Positions 48,906 to 61,603 of a stretch of 64,000 nucleotides of DNA are shown here, piece after piece. Position numbers and translations under genes: made by a program. Under the pieces are notes generated by a model. That model did no database searches, was not told the origin of the DNA, and was given only the letters and a program-made list of their open reading frames with translations. Every line of letters begins with the position of its first letter. Within the stretch, counting starts at the first letter, position 1. The stretch is from Raillietiella orientalis (lineage: Eukaryota), in NCBI GenBank assembly GCA_036172245.1, contig JAYWIR010000009.1, positions 3,968,001-4,032,000 on the forward strand, in the 5' to 3' direction.

Positions 48906-51900
48906 GCTCCCTCGCGTGGACGCGCCTTTCCCGCAGGACCTTTCGTGGCCGGCCTCTTCCGCCCTTCGCTCGGCGTGAGCCGCCGATGCCACCGCCGCCG
49001 GCTGGCTGCGCTCCTCGCGCATCGCCAGACTTCCTCCTCCGCCGCGAATGTTCGTCCAGGAGAGGGAGCCGATTCTCGCCTGCCGCATGAATTCCGGGAG
49101 GGGCGCAAATGGGAGGGAGCAGCGGCAGTCCCTTTTCCCCAATCCTCCTCTTCACCCCCTCCCTTCTGCTGCTGTCTTGCGTCCGCACGCCGTCTTCTCC
49201 TCCTCCTCCCTTCGTTTCGTTTTCTCAGCCGCCCGCCGTCTCCGAGGCGACCGGTCGGAGGCCCAATCGAAAGCTTCCTCTGGGTCGAAGCCGGGAATGG
49301 TGCGGGGAGGTTCCTCTTGCGCTCGCCGCAAACGGGAAGGGAGCGTGCTCCCTTCCGGGAAGCCCCGGGAGGGAGGAGAGGGTTGCGCGACGTGAGCGGC
49401 CGGGAGCCGAGGTCACGGCGGGCTGATGTCTTCTCTCGGACTGCGGGCGCAGAGAGGAGGAGGAGCAGCAGGCAAGAGAAAAGGGAGAAGAGAAGGGAGA
49501 AGTCTCCCTAATCCTCCTCAGGGAGGGCCTCCCCCGGATGCCTGTCCCTCGGCGAGCAGACCCTTGTCCCGGCGCTCTCGCGGAGAGGAAAGGTGGGAGC
49601 CATAGTTCCGCGGAGGCCATCCGCGGGGAGCGAATGGCGGCGGCGCACCCCTTCCCGGCCCGCCTGCGAGCGAGTCGTCCTCCGTGGCTCGGGGCGAGCC
49701 ACTTTCTTCGCTGAGGCTGCCCTTCGTGCGCGCGTTCCGCCCGGAGGATGCAACTCCGCCGCAGCCTCTCTCTCTCTCCCGAGACGACGACGCAGCTCGC
49801 CTCCGATCCATCCGCATTCTTGCCTCCGCACCTGCAGCATCTCTCTCGTAGTCGTCCTCCTCCTCTCCTGCTCCCCCGCGCCCCTCATCCGCCGCTGTTT
49901 CTTTTCTGGGGACGCGGCTGGGCAGGGAGAGGGGGAGGAGATGGGAGGCAGTTGCTTGCTCCTCCTGCTGCATCCTCCCTCCCTCCAGCAAAGTTCAGGC
50001 CCTGCGGGAGCTTCCAGGGATCGCCTGCTGCCACTTCTCGGGAGCGCGGTGGTCCGGCGCCTTATTGGGGGTCCAGTGTGTGTGTGTGTGGGGTTTCCGG
50101 GAGTTTACTCCTTCCGGCGCGCGAAGGCGCCCGCAGGCGACGGGCCGTCCCCAGCCCGTTCGCCTCCTGGGTCCCGCCCTCCCCACTGATTTTCGGTGAA
50201 CCCTCGCCAGCTTGGCGGTGCTTTCGCGGCTTCTTCGAGGGCGGCGACGGCGGCGAAGAGGAGGAGGCGAAGGCGGAAGATCCCACCAGGAGAGCCGTTG
50301 CTTCGGTGCCGGTCCCGGAACGTAGGGAACTCTGCAACGCGCGCGACGGCGCCCGGAGACGTCCAGAGGTGCCCTCGAGCAGTCCCCACGAAGAAAAGGA
50401 AGAGGAGGAAGGGGGAACCGATTCCTTCCTGCCTTCCTTCGACGTGGAAACCCTCTCGAGAGCCGGCCGGCTGTTCTCCGCAGCTTGTTGCCATGGTTTC
50501 CTTCTTGCGCGTCCGTCTTCCCCTGCCGCCGAGGTTCCTTTCCTTGAATCCGACCGAACCTCAGCTCCTCCTTGCCCTTTCAGCGACCTCCTCATCCCCC
50601 TTGTTTTCCCTCCAGCGCTCTCTCGGCTTCTTCCAGCCGCTTTGTCATGACGGCTGCGCCCACCCGTTTCACGTGCCTCTCGTAAGACGAAGGGAGGCAG
50701 AGGTGGGCAGAAGGGCGAGGAAAAGCAAGCGGAGGACAGGAGTGAGGCTGGAGGGTCGTCCTCTGCCGGTTCTGGCGGTCAATAGCGGCGTTGCCGGGGT
50801 AACGACCAGCGACGGCGGCGCCTCCACGCTCTCGGCGTCATGCGCCAGCTCTGGTAGGAGAGCGCGCGCCTCCCTGGAATCCGGGGCGTTTCAGCTTCTC
50901 CTTGAGGGAGCATTGGGGGGGGAAGGTGGAAGGAGACTTTTTTCTTTCTTTTTCTTTTTTTCCCATCCACCTCTCCTCCTGTCATTCAGTGGGAGGATCG
51001 TTCCTCCTGCTGCATCCAATTAGCTCGAGCGCTTGCACAGTCTCCCCTCAAAGTTTTCTTCCGTCTTCCGCGCGGCGCAGAGCCGCGCTCCATTCGCGCT
51101 TTCTCGCGGAATCATACGGAACCATGACGACAGACGCTTCTTGTTCTTCTTGTTCCTCCCTTGATTAATGAGCGGGGAGAGAGGATGGGCGATGGTGTCC
51201 CTGAGGGGGGGGGGGGAACCGAAGAACGGGGCGTGAGGGAGTAGCAACAGCAGCAGCAGGGGATGGAGGACCCTGCTTCTCAGTCGCGGATCCGCCGCCT
51301 AGCGGATGGACCCCTGAACTTCGCTTGACCCAAGGAAACGGCATCCGGAAAGGAAGAAGAGTTTGCTCCCACTTCCGCCTCTTCGGGATTCCTCCACTTC
51401 AGCCGTCAGAAAGCCTCTGGAGGCACAGCCGCTGATCCGTCGCGATCCTGTGGGCGTGGCCATGGCAACAGTGACCACTCGCATTCGCACTCCACACCAC
51501 TTGGCTAACCCCCGCTGCCACGACCCGTCGTCGCAGCTGCCGCTGCGAACCGCCCGTTGACCTCCTCGATGCTTCGGGATGCTGCCAATGGCTGTCCCCG
51601 GCCTGGAGGCTGCCGGTTCGTGCAAGCCCAGAGCTTTCCCGGCTGCCCAGCAGGACCGTGCGCACCTCACGCTCTTTCCCGGAAGACGGGAAGGAACTTT
51701 GGCTCCTTCCCGGGTTTCTCGGTGCCCTCGTCCGTCCGCCTCTTCCTTGCGGCCTACGGCTCTCGCAAACTGCGGAAGATGCGGCCCTCGCAGCTCCCAG
51801 GGACGAGTGTTTCCTGACTCTCCCCGAGGAAGCGGGTGGAGCCCTCCCTGCGCCCTGCGACAGAGTGACGCTGTCTCCGAGCTCGAACGCGTCTCCTGAG

Positions 51901-54900
51901 CTTCGCGGGTCTCTCCTGGAATCGACGACTTCTGCTTGGAGGGAGCGAAGCTCCGCGGGGCTTCTCAAGGGGCAGGGGGGGGTTCCTCTCCTCCTCGAAG
52001 GCGTCCGGGTTTCCCCTTGGAGGGAATGCGGCTCGCGTTTCCCTGGGAGCTTCAGGCGAGCTACACACTGCGGCGTGCTTCCCGGCAGGTGGGCAGCGGC
52101 CCACCCGGAAAACGCGCCGTTTCCTTCCCTTTCAGTTTCCCTCGCGTCTGTTCCCTCCGGATTGCGGAGTGTGGGGAGAAGAGGCAGTTTCGTTCCCTCC
52201 TTCCCTTTGCTCCTTTATTTGAGGTGGGGAAACTGGCAACCCTGACTGCAACGTCTGGGATTGAGCAGACCCTTCTTCGCTGGAGGCAAAGACGGTGCTG
52301 GACGCTCGGGATTGGGCGGTGGTGCGCACGCAGCAGCGCGTGGGTGGAGCCCCGGCTAAAACTGGCTCCGCCGCCGCCATTGCCACGGAGACCGGTTCGG
52401 GGCTTCCTGCCGGTTTTCCGGCGCCTCTCAGTCTAGCGGACCACCTCTGATGCCGCCTCCTCCTCCTCCGGCGGGATTCCAAGGCCCGCTTCCCGGCGAC
52501 CGGATCGGGCTACCTGCAGTGGTCCCGGACCGCGCGCCGTGCTGGCGGGGGAAGATGAGGGTGACGGCGTCCTCTGGCTGACCAGCGACGCCTGTTGAGA
52601 GGGCGCGCAAACGAAAGAGATAGGGGGAAGAGGGGAAGGGAAAACACTATTGTGGAGACCCGAAAGCGCAACTGCGGGGGAGGCTGCAGGAGGAAGAGGA
52701 GGAGGAGGAGTTGCACCGCCTGGACTGTAGAAGCTGTCGTTGAGTTGAGGAAGCCGTGGCGCGCGGGATGCTGCCCGGAAAAGAAGGAGGGTGAAAGAGG
52801 GAGGGAGATGACCAGATCCCTTTCCGACCTGGTCATCCGACGCTGACAGAGAGAGGGGCGTGCGGGGCGGGAGCCCGCACGCGTCCCGGAAGGATGGTCC
52901 TCCGGGAAGAAGACGGTCCGCTTGCCTCCGTCCAGACGCGCGCTATGTCTCCGGGAGGAGCGACTCTTCCCCTGCCCCCTCCCCCTCCCCCACGCTAGCC
53001 ATTTCGGAGATCCTCTGGCGTGGCTCCGCTACTGGTCCCGGACCGACCTCGTCCGTCCCCTCCTTCCTCTCGATGGGAGTGGTGAGAGGGGGGGAGGAGG
53101 AGGCGGATGAAATCTGCTTTACTTGCTCCCTCTCTCCCTCCTCATCATCCTCCTTCCACCACAGGAAGGAGGGAACACGCGGAGGTTCTGTGCTAAGAGA
53201 GGAACCGAACGCGCTCTTCCGACCAGGCTCGTCGCGTAGCAGCGCATCGCGGGGGTGGCGAGCTCGCGAAGCATCCGGCAGCCGTCGTAGCCGGGTGGTC
53301 CTCTTGGCAAGGCCCCGGGACTTGCCGAAGGGAGGAGGAGGACCTCGTCCGGGGACAATCTTCCCTCGGGCGTTGCCTAGAGACAGAGAATGCGGTCGTG
53401 CCCTTGGGGCGTCCGTCTGGAAACAGGGAGGTCCGGGGGAAGTTCCTGCGTGTCCTTCCGCGAGACAGGGACGCGTGCAGGCGTAAACGTGCGCGGCACG
53501 GTCGCTGTGCTCCGCCCCGGGCGGAGCGCCGGTCCACTGCGACTGTCCGTGGGAACCTCCCGGGAGGCACGCCGGCGGACGGCCCCGCCCGCGCGCGCGC
53601 TCCGATCGCAGCATCCTCACGCATTCTCCCCCTCCGCCCGCTCTTCGCCTGCTTCTCCCGTTCTCTTGTCCTTCCTGCAGGACCGCGGGAGGTGGTGGTT
53701 CCGAGGCCGAGGGCGTCTTCCAGCCCCTCATCTCGTACCGGAGATTTCTCGCCGCCTCTGGACCGCCCTCGCTCCAGCCGGATGGAACGCCGCAGCCGCC
53801 CAATTGCGTCGGCGAAGGGGGGGGAGGAGGGACAACCAGGGGATCGTCGCATCAGCAGGGGCAAACCTTCCGGTGCTAGGGTCAGGCAGGAAGGAGAGGA
53901 AGGTCCGTACCCCCTGAGTCGCGCACGAGGAAGTCTACCGTACCGTGGACTGTGGCGTCGCCGTGACCTCATCCGAACCCTTTGGCTATCGCCTCGCCAC
54001 GCCACTGAGGTCAGGAAAGATGGGCACGTCCTCATGTGCGGAGAAGAGGGAGAGGGGGGAGATTCGCGGGCGACGCTGGAGGTTGGCAGCAGTAAGGACT
54101 TCCTTTGGAAAGGGAAAGACAGAGAATAAGGGGGGGTTTCCCTACCCCTTTCCCAGAGCCCTCATCGCGCTTGTCTGGTCCTTTCCCTCCATATTCTCAG
54201 AGATGGCGTGAGACAAGGGTGGGGGGAGGGGGGCAGGGGCATTTTGCACTCATTTTTCCTTCTCCTGCAAAAGCTTCAAGGGAGAACTCTCATCCGACTT
54301 TCCCAGAGGATCGCGTGCGCCAACGCTCTGCTTGCGTTTTGGGATGCACGACCGTACGCCGTCCCGCAGGGGACCTACCCTTTGCCTCTTGACCCTCCCC
54401 TCCTCCTTTGTGCTACTCGGGAGGTATCCTCCCGCTCTCCCGGAACGGCGCGAGAATCTTCTCTGACCTAGAGACCTCTGCCGGACCTACAGACCCTTCT
54501 GCCTTTTCTCAATCCTCTCTGGTCAGCGGGTGATACATGGAGTCCCGCGCAGGGCTCCGTCGCTGCAACTCTCTAAAGGTGTCCGGCGGTACTCGCTGGA
54601 ATGCCTCTGGGTGAAGTAGAAAGAAGGAGGAAGAGGAGGACAGGGAGGACGAAAAGAGGAAGGAAGGAAAGGAAGGGGGAGGATGAAGGGAAAAGGAAAA
54701 GAGGAAGGAGGAGGAGAATTTCCTCCGTAGGTGCTTCCGGAGAGGTGGGATTTTGCACCTGGGTAAGTGGAAGGTGGCGGTTAGGAGAGGTCATGGTTGA
54801 TTCCAGGGTCAGCCCAGAGACTAATCCTCCCAGCCCAACAGTGGATCAATTGGAGGTCGGGTTCTCCATCCGTCCTGATCTGATGCGATGACTCTCCTGG

Positions 54901-56475
54901 GAAGAGATGAGCGGAGAGGCTTGGGGGGAGCCGAGGGGACAAGGATGCATCCGGGATTTCGGGAACCGCCGTCTTCAGGGATGGAGGGCGCGGCGAGTGG
55001 CGGCTGCTCTCTTAGCGGACAGATGGTGCCGGTGGGCGGACCTTGGCAGGCACGCACGGGAGGGCGAGCTGCAGTTGGAAGGAGGAGAAGCAGCAACTAG
55101 AGGGCATGACCTGTTTCATGCTGCGGGAAGGGCGAGGGGACGCGTGGAGCGGCCAGCTGCAGCAGGAGGACGCTGCCGGCGGCGGCGACATCTGCCGGAG
55201 GGGGGAGTAGCGGCCGCCGGCTGATGGCCACGGGGTCCGTGAGACCCACCCACGTGGAGCGTCCCCCTTGCCTCCCGAGATGCCGCGGAGGTGGCGGCAC
55301 TCTCAGCAACGATCCGCCGTGATGCCCCGTTTGCCCGAGGCGCTTCCGGCGGCCCACGCCGGCGGAGGGGGAAGAGGCCGTGACCCAGTGTGGAGCACCA
55401 CTCTGAGCAATGCAGGAAACGAGACCACCACCTCCGTCTAAGCGGAGGAGGGTCAATCCCCTCACAAGGGAGGAGGGTTGAGATGGAACCCCCCTTCTTT
55501 GTTTTTCTTCTCTCGGAAGGGGAAGGGGAAGGGTTGGGGGCCTCCGCCCAGGGGGAGATGCCGATTGTTCGCTCCAGAGGGTCGGGTCGGAGGCGACAGT
55601 GTGCCGGGAGAGGGGCCACGGAGGCGCAGAAAAGCCCGAGGCCCGCTGCGCGCATCTGGAGCGGGAGACCCGAAGGCAGCGCAGAGGTCGCGGTCGCCTT
55701 CCCTCAGGTGCCACTCCCGCGGTCGGTTGCGCGCGCGCCTCGCTGCGCAACCGACGCGCCGCAGGCCGGGACGACCGGGACGCGCGGAGTTTCGCTTTCG
55801 CCCCTTCATGGCAACCGGGCCGAGGCTGCAGTGTTGGCAACAGGTAGGGCGGGGAGCCCTTGGGCCAAGGGAGGTCGGAAGGTGAGGTCGGAGGCATCGC
55901 GGGCGAAAATTCGCGACTCCTTCCCTCCCCCCACCTCCCTCTTCTGAACGTCACGGCCGCCGGAAGGGTGGCAGGCGCTCCTGGGGCGAGGGAGGGAGGG
56001 AAGAGGGCGGGACACACTCCCCTCCACCGCCAGCTCCTCCCCCCCCTCCTCTTCCCCTCGGCGCCCCAGCGCGCGGGTCCCACGCGTTCCGGACGTCGTG
56101 GCGCGCGCTCCTTCCGGCACGACGCAGGATGCGCGAGGAATTCGTGGAACGCGACGCGCGCGCACGCCGTCCGCGTCCGGCGTGAACGCCTCTGGGCGCC
56201 ACGTCGCCGCCGATCCGCCCGGGCAGCCATCCGTCATCTCCGGCGGTGGCTCTGTCGGCTTGTTGTTGTCGCCGCTCCCTCAGGCGCCTCCCGCCACAAG
56301 AGGGGCAGCCGGGAAAGATGGAGAGGGGGCCGAGAGCGGTTTCCGAGGGCGAGCAAACGGACCCCCCCGGCACCGAGGAGGAGCCGTCCCGACAGAGCCA
56401 GACGTAAGGTAGGTTCCTCAAGGTCAGCCGGAGGCCCCGCTGCGCTCGTCGCGGATACCGGACCGTCCCTCCTCT

Positions 56476-56586
56476 CTGCTGCTGCTACTGCTGCTGCTGC
56501 TGCCGCGCGGGCAGCTGGCAGCAGGGGACCCGCGCGTCCGGCGTGCCGCCGCGGAGGAGGCAATGCCAGTCGTCGTCGTCGTCGTC
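56476..56586. repeat. Imperfect (GCT)n and (GTC)n trinucleotide tracts
   Basis: (GCT)-rich run ~56476-56503 and (GTC)6 at 56569-56586. Confidence 0.8.
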
Positions 56587-59500
56587 GGCAGAGGTGTGTC
56601 GCCGTCAACCCCCGTTGCCCTGGGAAACATCTGCACTCCGAGGAAACAATAAATCTAGAAATGGACCCATCTCTCTCTCTCTTTCTCCTTTTTTTGGAGG
56701 GGGGGGAGGGGAGGGGCGGGCAATAAATCCACCTCGTCCTCGTGACGCCCGGAACCTCGCTGAGGGCGTACTGGCGTGCGCGCGTTCCGGAACCTAGAGG
56801 GCGCGGCTCCGCTTCCCGGAGGAGTCCTTCCGGATTCCTCCCGCTGCGTCCCTCGGTCGCATCCCGTCGGCGGCAGGCGCGCGTGCGCTTCCTGCCATGT
56901 CACCTCCGCCTTTCCCACTCGCAGGCCGACACCCGCCTTCCACGCGTGACACGCCACAACCGCGCGCCTGTGCGTCTCAGCAGTCTCCCGGCCCGCATCG
57001 CAGTCTCCTTCCTTTTCCGCTTCCAGGCCGGCCGCTCCGGGATGGGATACGTCGATGGAGCCGGTTCGTTTCTTTGGAAATGCCCCACGCTCACGCCAAG
57101 GAGCGGTCCATGAGGTGAGCCGGGGTCGCCACACCTGGCCGCCTCCGCGCAGGGAGAGGAGGAGGGGGTAAGGGACGCTCTGTTTCGCTTCGGTCCACTT
57201 GCCTCCAGCCTCTTCGATGTCCCGCCTCGCTGCTGACGCGAACTCCGACCAAGGGACTACCCCCGTCGAAGACGCCTGGTTGAAGCTGCAGCAGGGAAGC
57301 AATGCCGTTTCTGGGGATTGTCCGTTATTCCGGTTGCTAGGGTGCTAGGAGGGGTGGGGGATCCACGCACTCTTCTCCGTCGGAGGCAGCGGGTGCCGCT
57401 CTCAGGAGTCCGCAGGCTCGCGGGCAGCCTCCGCGTACTGCCATGCCGGAAGACACCTTGGAACGCGGTGGCGTAATCCGCCCATCACGGGGCTTCGCCT
57501 GGTGCGAGTTGCGCGTGCGCCGCGCTCCCGGGAGGTCAGCCCGGCAAAGACGGCCTCCGGGCACTGATCCGGAGGCGGTCCCCTTGCGTCGCCTTGCACG
57601 TTCACAGGCCCGCGAGATGGGGTCTGCCAGGACCGGACGGGAGGCGGGAATGGGATGCGCGGGGAAGGAGGATGGAAAGCTTCACGAGGGGGGGATCAGG
57701 GAGCTGGCCGTCCTCCTGCCTCGTTCCCTCTAGGCACTGGGTGGTCGTTCTTCCTCCCCCTGCCCACCGTCCTCGGAGGGGCAACTCGCCGCTGCAGGGT
57801 GCTCTTGACCTTCCCTTTCCCTGACCCTCGCTTGCTTCCATTCTTGAGAGCTCTTCTTGCTGTGGTCTCCACCTAGCGGCGGTCATAGTGAAACCATGGG
57901 CGCGCTTCCTCGAGGCAATCCTGATTCTGTACGGGGTGGAGGGTCGAGGAGAGGAGTCGGGATGGGGGAGTGAGGGGCGAGAGAGACTCCTCTGCAGCGC
58001 AACTGAGGGGAAAGCGAACCTGCCGCTAAAGAGACTCGCAGTTGGCGTCGGGACCGAACGCCATAAGCCGAGGCGAGGAGGCCTTCGTTCCTAACCCTTC
58101 CCGAGAAAGATGGGGTTGGCAATCCTTGGGAAGGAGGGAGGAGGGCAAGCGCGCCGGCACCGCGTTTCAGTGCCTCTCCCTTGTGGGGGTGGCTCGGAAC
58201 CTCTTCTCTTATCAGTCTCTTCTCCGGAAGCGAGCAGAGGGGAAGCGTTCCAGAGCGATCGCAGTGCCCCTGGACGCAGCGGGAGAAGGAAGGGAGAAAC
58301 CGGCTGGGTTCCCTCTTCCCGTGAAGGTGGGAAGAGGTGATTTGCACCTTCGCGGGGGGGAGGCGACGGAGCTCCTTGGAGGACAGGAAGCTGCCCAATG
58401 GCACCTCGTGGCAATCTTGAAGGCACGGAGTGGCAGGAAGGGAAGGAGTGGGGTGGGGGATGGAGGTGGGAAGAGTAGTTGCACGCCTCCTTCGTCGGAT
58501 CTTCCTGGAGGGATCGAGGGGACAATGGGCTATCAAGACACGTGTGCGACCCTGCCGCGTGCCTGGACAGCTCCACGCTCTCCCTCAGAGTGGGGAAGAC
58601 AGGCGGCCACACGCTGTTCTTGCACGGATGCTGCCGTCACTCGGGCAGCGCGAGGTGCGGATCCGTCCTGCAGGGAGGATCGCGATGGATGGTGGCATCC
58701 TTCGCCCTTCCCCTCGCACCCGGATGACACCGCTGAGGGTCCCCTGCAGCGCTTCTCCGTCGCGGGTGGACGTTTGCTGGCTGGGCTATGCAGCCATCAT
58801 GCGCCACATCAGTCAGGGAGCTCTCTCCTCTGACCATCTCCACGCTGCAGGCAGGGCGGCGAGATGAGTTCCTCCTAACCCTGGCAGCGCAGGGGACGCC
58901 GAGCCACCATCGGCACATCGCCCTGGAGGCCAAAAGGGGCACCGACGGCGACCCGACCCTACCTTTCGTCATTCCTTTCTCCTGCCTCTTCCCCCGGACC
59001 CCCTACTCCAGGGTCTATGGCAAATGTCCCATTCGCCCCAGTAGGCGCTTGCGGTTTTCCGCTCTCTCCTCTTTCGGGAATGCCTCGGGGCGCTGCCTGC
59101 TGGAAAACGCACGGTGCGCTTCGCTCGCCTTTCGTTTCCTGCAGGGATACTGAGCTCCCACACGTCTTCCTGATTCCTGCCAGCTCCCCGAGAAGACCAT
59201 GCGCCCCGCGGCTGCGGAATTTCAGCCTGCGGGTATTTGACAATCCCCCCCCTCCTCCATGCGATCAAGGAAACCCGGGCATCGCCGATGACTCGCCAGG
59301 AAAGGGTCACTCCCTTCTCTCGATGTCCGTTCTTTTTCGCTGAGTCGCCATCTGCACCTCGCTTCCTCCCGCCCTCGGTCGACGGCTTCTCACCCCAGCC
59401 CATGCTTCCATCTTTCCCACGCGCTCACGGCAGAGTGGGAAGCTGCGGGGCGCCACATGCCCCCGTCCAGGGTCTTCCATCCCTCCCAAGGACCACTCTA

Positions 59501-60599
59501 CCTCCAGACCCCCGTGGGAGACCCGAGTGCCATACCCGCTTGCGTGGGAGTAGACCGGCAGCGTCTCCCGCACAACTACAGCTTCTGCTTCGTGCGGAAG
59601 TCACTGCCCGCACTGGCAGCCGTGCCGGGATTGGGAGTTGACCCCCTGAGGTCTTCCGGGAATCAAGGAGCGTTTGTTCCTTTCGGGGCTGTTCCCCTAC
59701 GGTTGCAAAAATGAAGTCGTTCCTCTGCTACCCCTCGGGGGAGAGCCTCCTCCGCGTTCCCATGGAGGCAGTTGGTGCCCCCCTCGGGGGTTCGCTGCTC
59801 CAGAGTGCCGGAAGTGCGCTACTCTCTTCAGGGGACGAACTTTCAGGGAAATGGGGGAATCGTCCTTTCGAGGTTCCGACCCAAGCGTAAGAAAGAGTGG
59901 TCCCCTCCCGAGGTACAACTATTTTGAACAGTCAGAACGCATCCCCACGTGGCATGACCAAGTCAGGGAGGGGAAAGGGTGGGGGAGGGGAAGATGGCCG
60001 CGCCCCTCGGTGCGCCCCCTAGGGTAGGGGAAAGTCTGTTTGTTCGTTTCCGCCGCGGAGGAAGAGGATTGCCCGCGCGTTGTTTTCCTGGGTCCTCCGC
60101 GGCCTCTACGACCGTTGGGGCCATGGCTCTCAGCTTCCCAACGAACCTCGCTCTTTGTGCAGTCGGTCCTGAGGGTGGTGGCGGCTCCACGGCCCCGCTC
60201 CTTCGCCCCGAAGTCACCTTCCCGAGCCGCCATCCTCCCCTCTCGAAGAACGCCCCTCGCCGGCTTTGGGACGGGAGGCTGCGATCTCGCGGAAGGGTGC
60301 GCGCACTGAGCCGAAAGAACGCGCGGAGCGCCCAAGTCTCCTCCCCGCGGCTGTTCGCCTCACTGAGGGGAGGATGCGGCGTTCTCTTCCGGAGGGGTTG
60401 CGCGCGCGGAGCTCCGGGGACGCGGCTCCCGGTGAGCCGTGTGTGGACCCCCGGTCCTGAGGCCGGTGGGATCCGCAGGGGGAGGAACAGACCCTGCCGA
60501 CCTCATCCGCGGTGCACGCCTGTCTCAGGGGGAGAAACGCGTGTCCTCGGAGGAGGGACAGCAGGGAGAGGGGGCGCTGCGTCGAATCCTCGACTCACC

Positions 60600-60750
60600 C
60601 CGCAGGAGCGAGAGCGCTGGCGGCCGCGGAGGCACCGAACGAGTCGCGGTTTTGAATCCCGCCCGGGGAAGCATCGACGCCAGAGAAATGGAGGATGCGT
60701 CGCCGTGGGTTTCGAGTCCCCTGCCCCCCGCAGGATGGAGCTGGTTGGCC
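60600..60750 (+). mobile_element. tRNA-derived SINE, copy 2 (diverged)
   Basis: GGCACCG (60631), GTCGCGGTTTTGAATCCC, CGACGCCA (60675)...TGCGTCG (60696), GGGTTTCGAGT (60707), ATGGAGCTGGTTGGCC (60735-60750). Same block order as copy 1. Confidence 0.6.
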
Positions 60751-61575
60751 TGTTTGGGTGTGACAGCACTGGAGGAAATCGGATGCCTCCTCTGACTGGC
60801 CGGGATTGCGAGGCGACTCTAAGGGGTCTTTCCAGAACCTTGGAGGGTCCGAGGTCGAGGAGCACCGGTTCCCTTTGGGGTTGTTCCCCTCCGGTTGGGA
60901 AAGTGAAACCTTCCCCTCCCTCTTGAGGGAACCCTTCATGCTAATCATGGAGCTGGCTGACACCCTCTCGCTTCCCCTCTCTGGGGGTTGCCTTCCTAGA
61001 GTGTGAGTAGGGACCCGCTCCCTTAGAAATTCTCTTCAGAAAAGGAAGAAATTCCAGGAGCGGACCCTTTCCGGGGTTCCCTTCGGAAAAGAAAAGAGAA
61101 GAGGCCCCTACAAACCGGTTGAGTCCCCTGGAGGGAACAAGGAGGGGATGGTTCCCTTAGGGGTCCTCTCCGAAGAGTGAGTAGGGAGAAAGGGACTCCT
61201 CTCCCAGGGGCTTTCTGGATTTGGGGTGGTGCCCTACCGGGGTTGCCCCTACAACTTGGAGAGTTCCAAGTGCCCTCGGGTAGGCGCGGACAGCGCTGCA
61301 GAGCTTCGTGAGAACCCCGCGGGCGGTTCTTCAGCACTTGGCGAAGGATCGAGCGACCCCTTCGGAGGAGCTCCCTCAGCGCCCCACCTCCACGCTCACG
61401 TACGACTCTGGATTGTCCTCCTCCCCCTTCCTCCCGGAAAGGAAGTCCCGCGAGCCAACGGCGCGTGCGCGTGCCACATGGCAGACTGGACAGGTGGGTG
61501 ACCTGGCCCGGGAAGAAGCCAATCCAGCCGGCCACAAGGTGGGGAGGGGAGGGAGGAAGGGAAGGAGGGGGGATT

Positions 61576-61603
61576 AGAAGAAGAAGAAGAAGAAGAAGAA
61601 GAA
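61576..61603. repeat. (AGA)n microsatellite
   Basis: About nine AGA/GAA units read directly. Confidence 0.9.
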
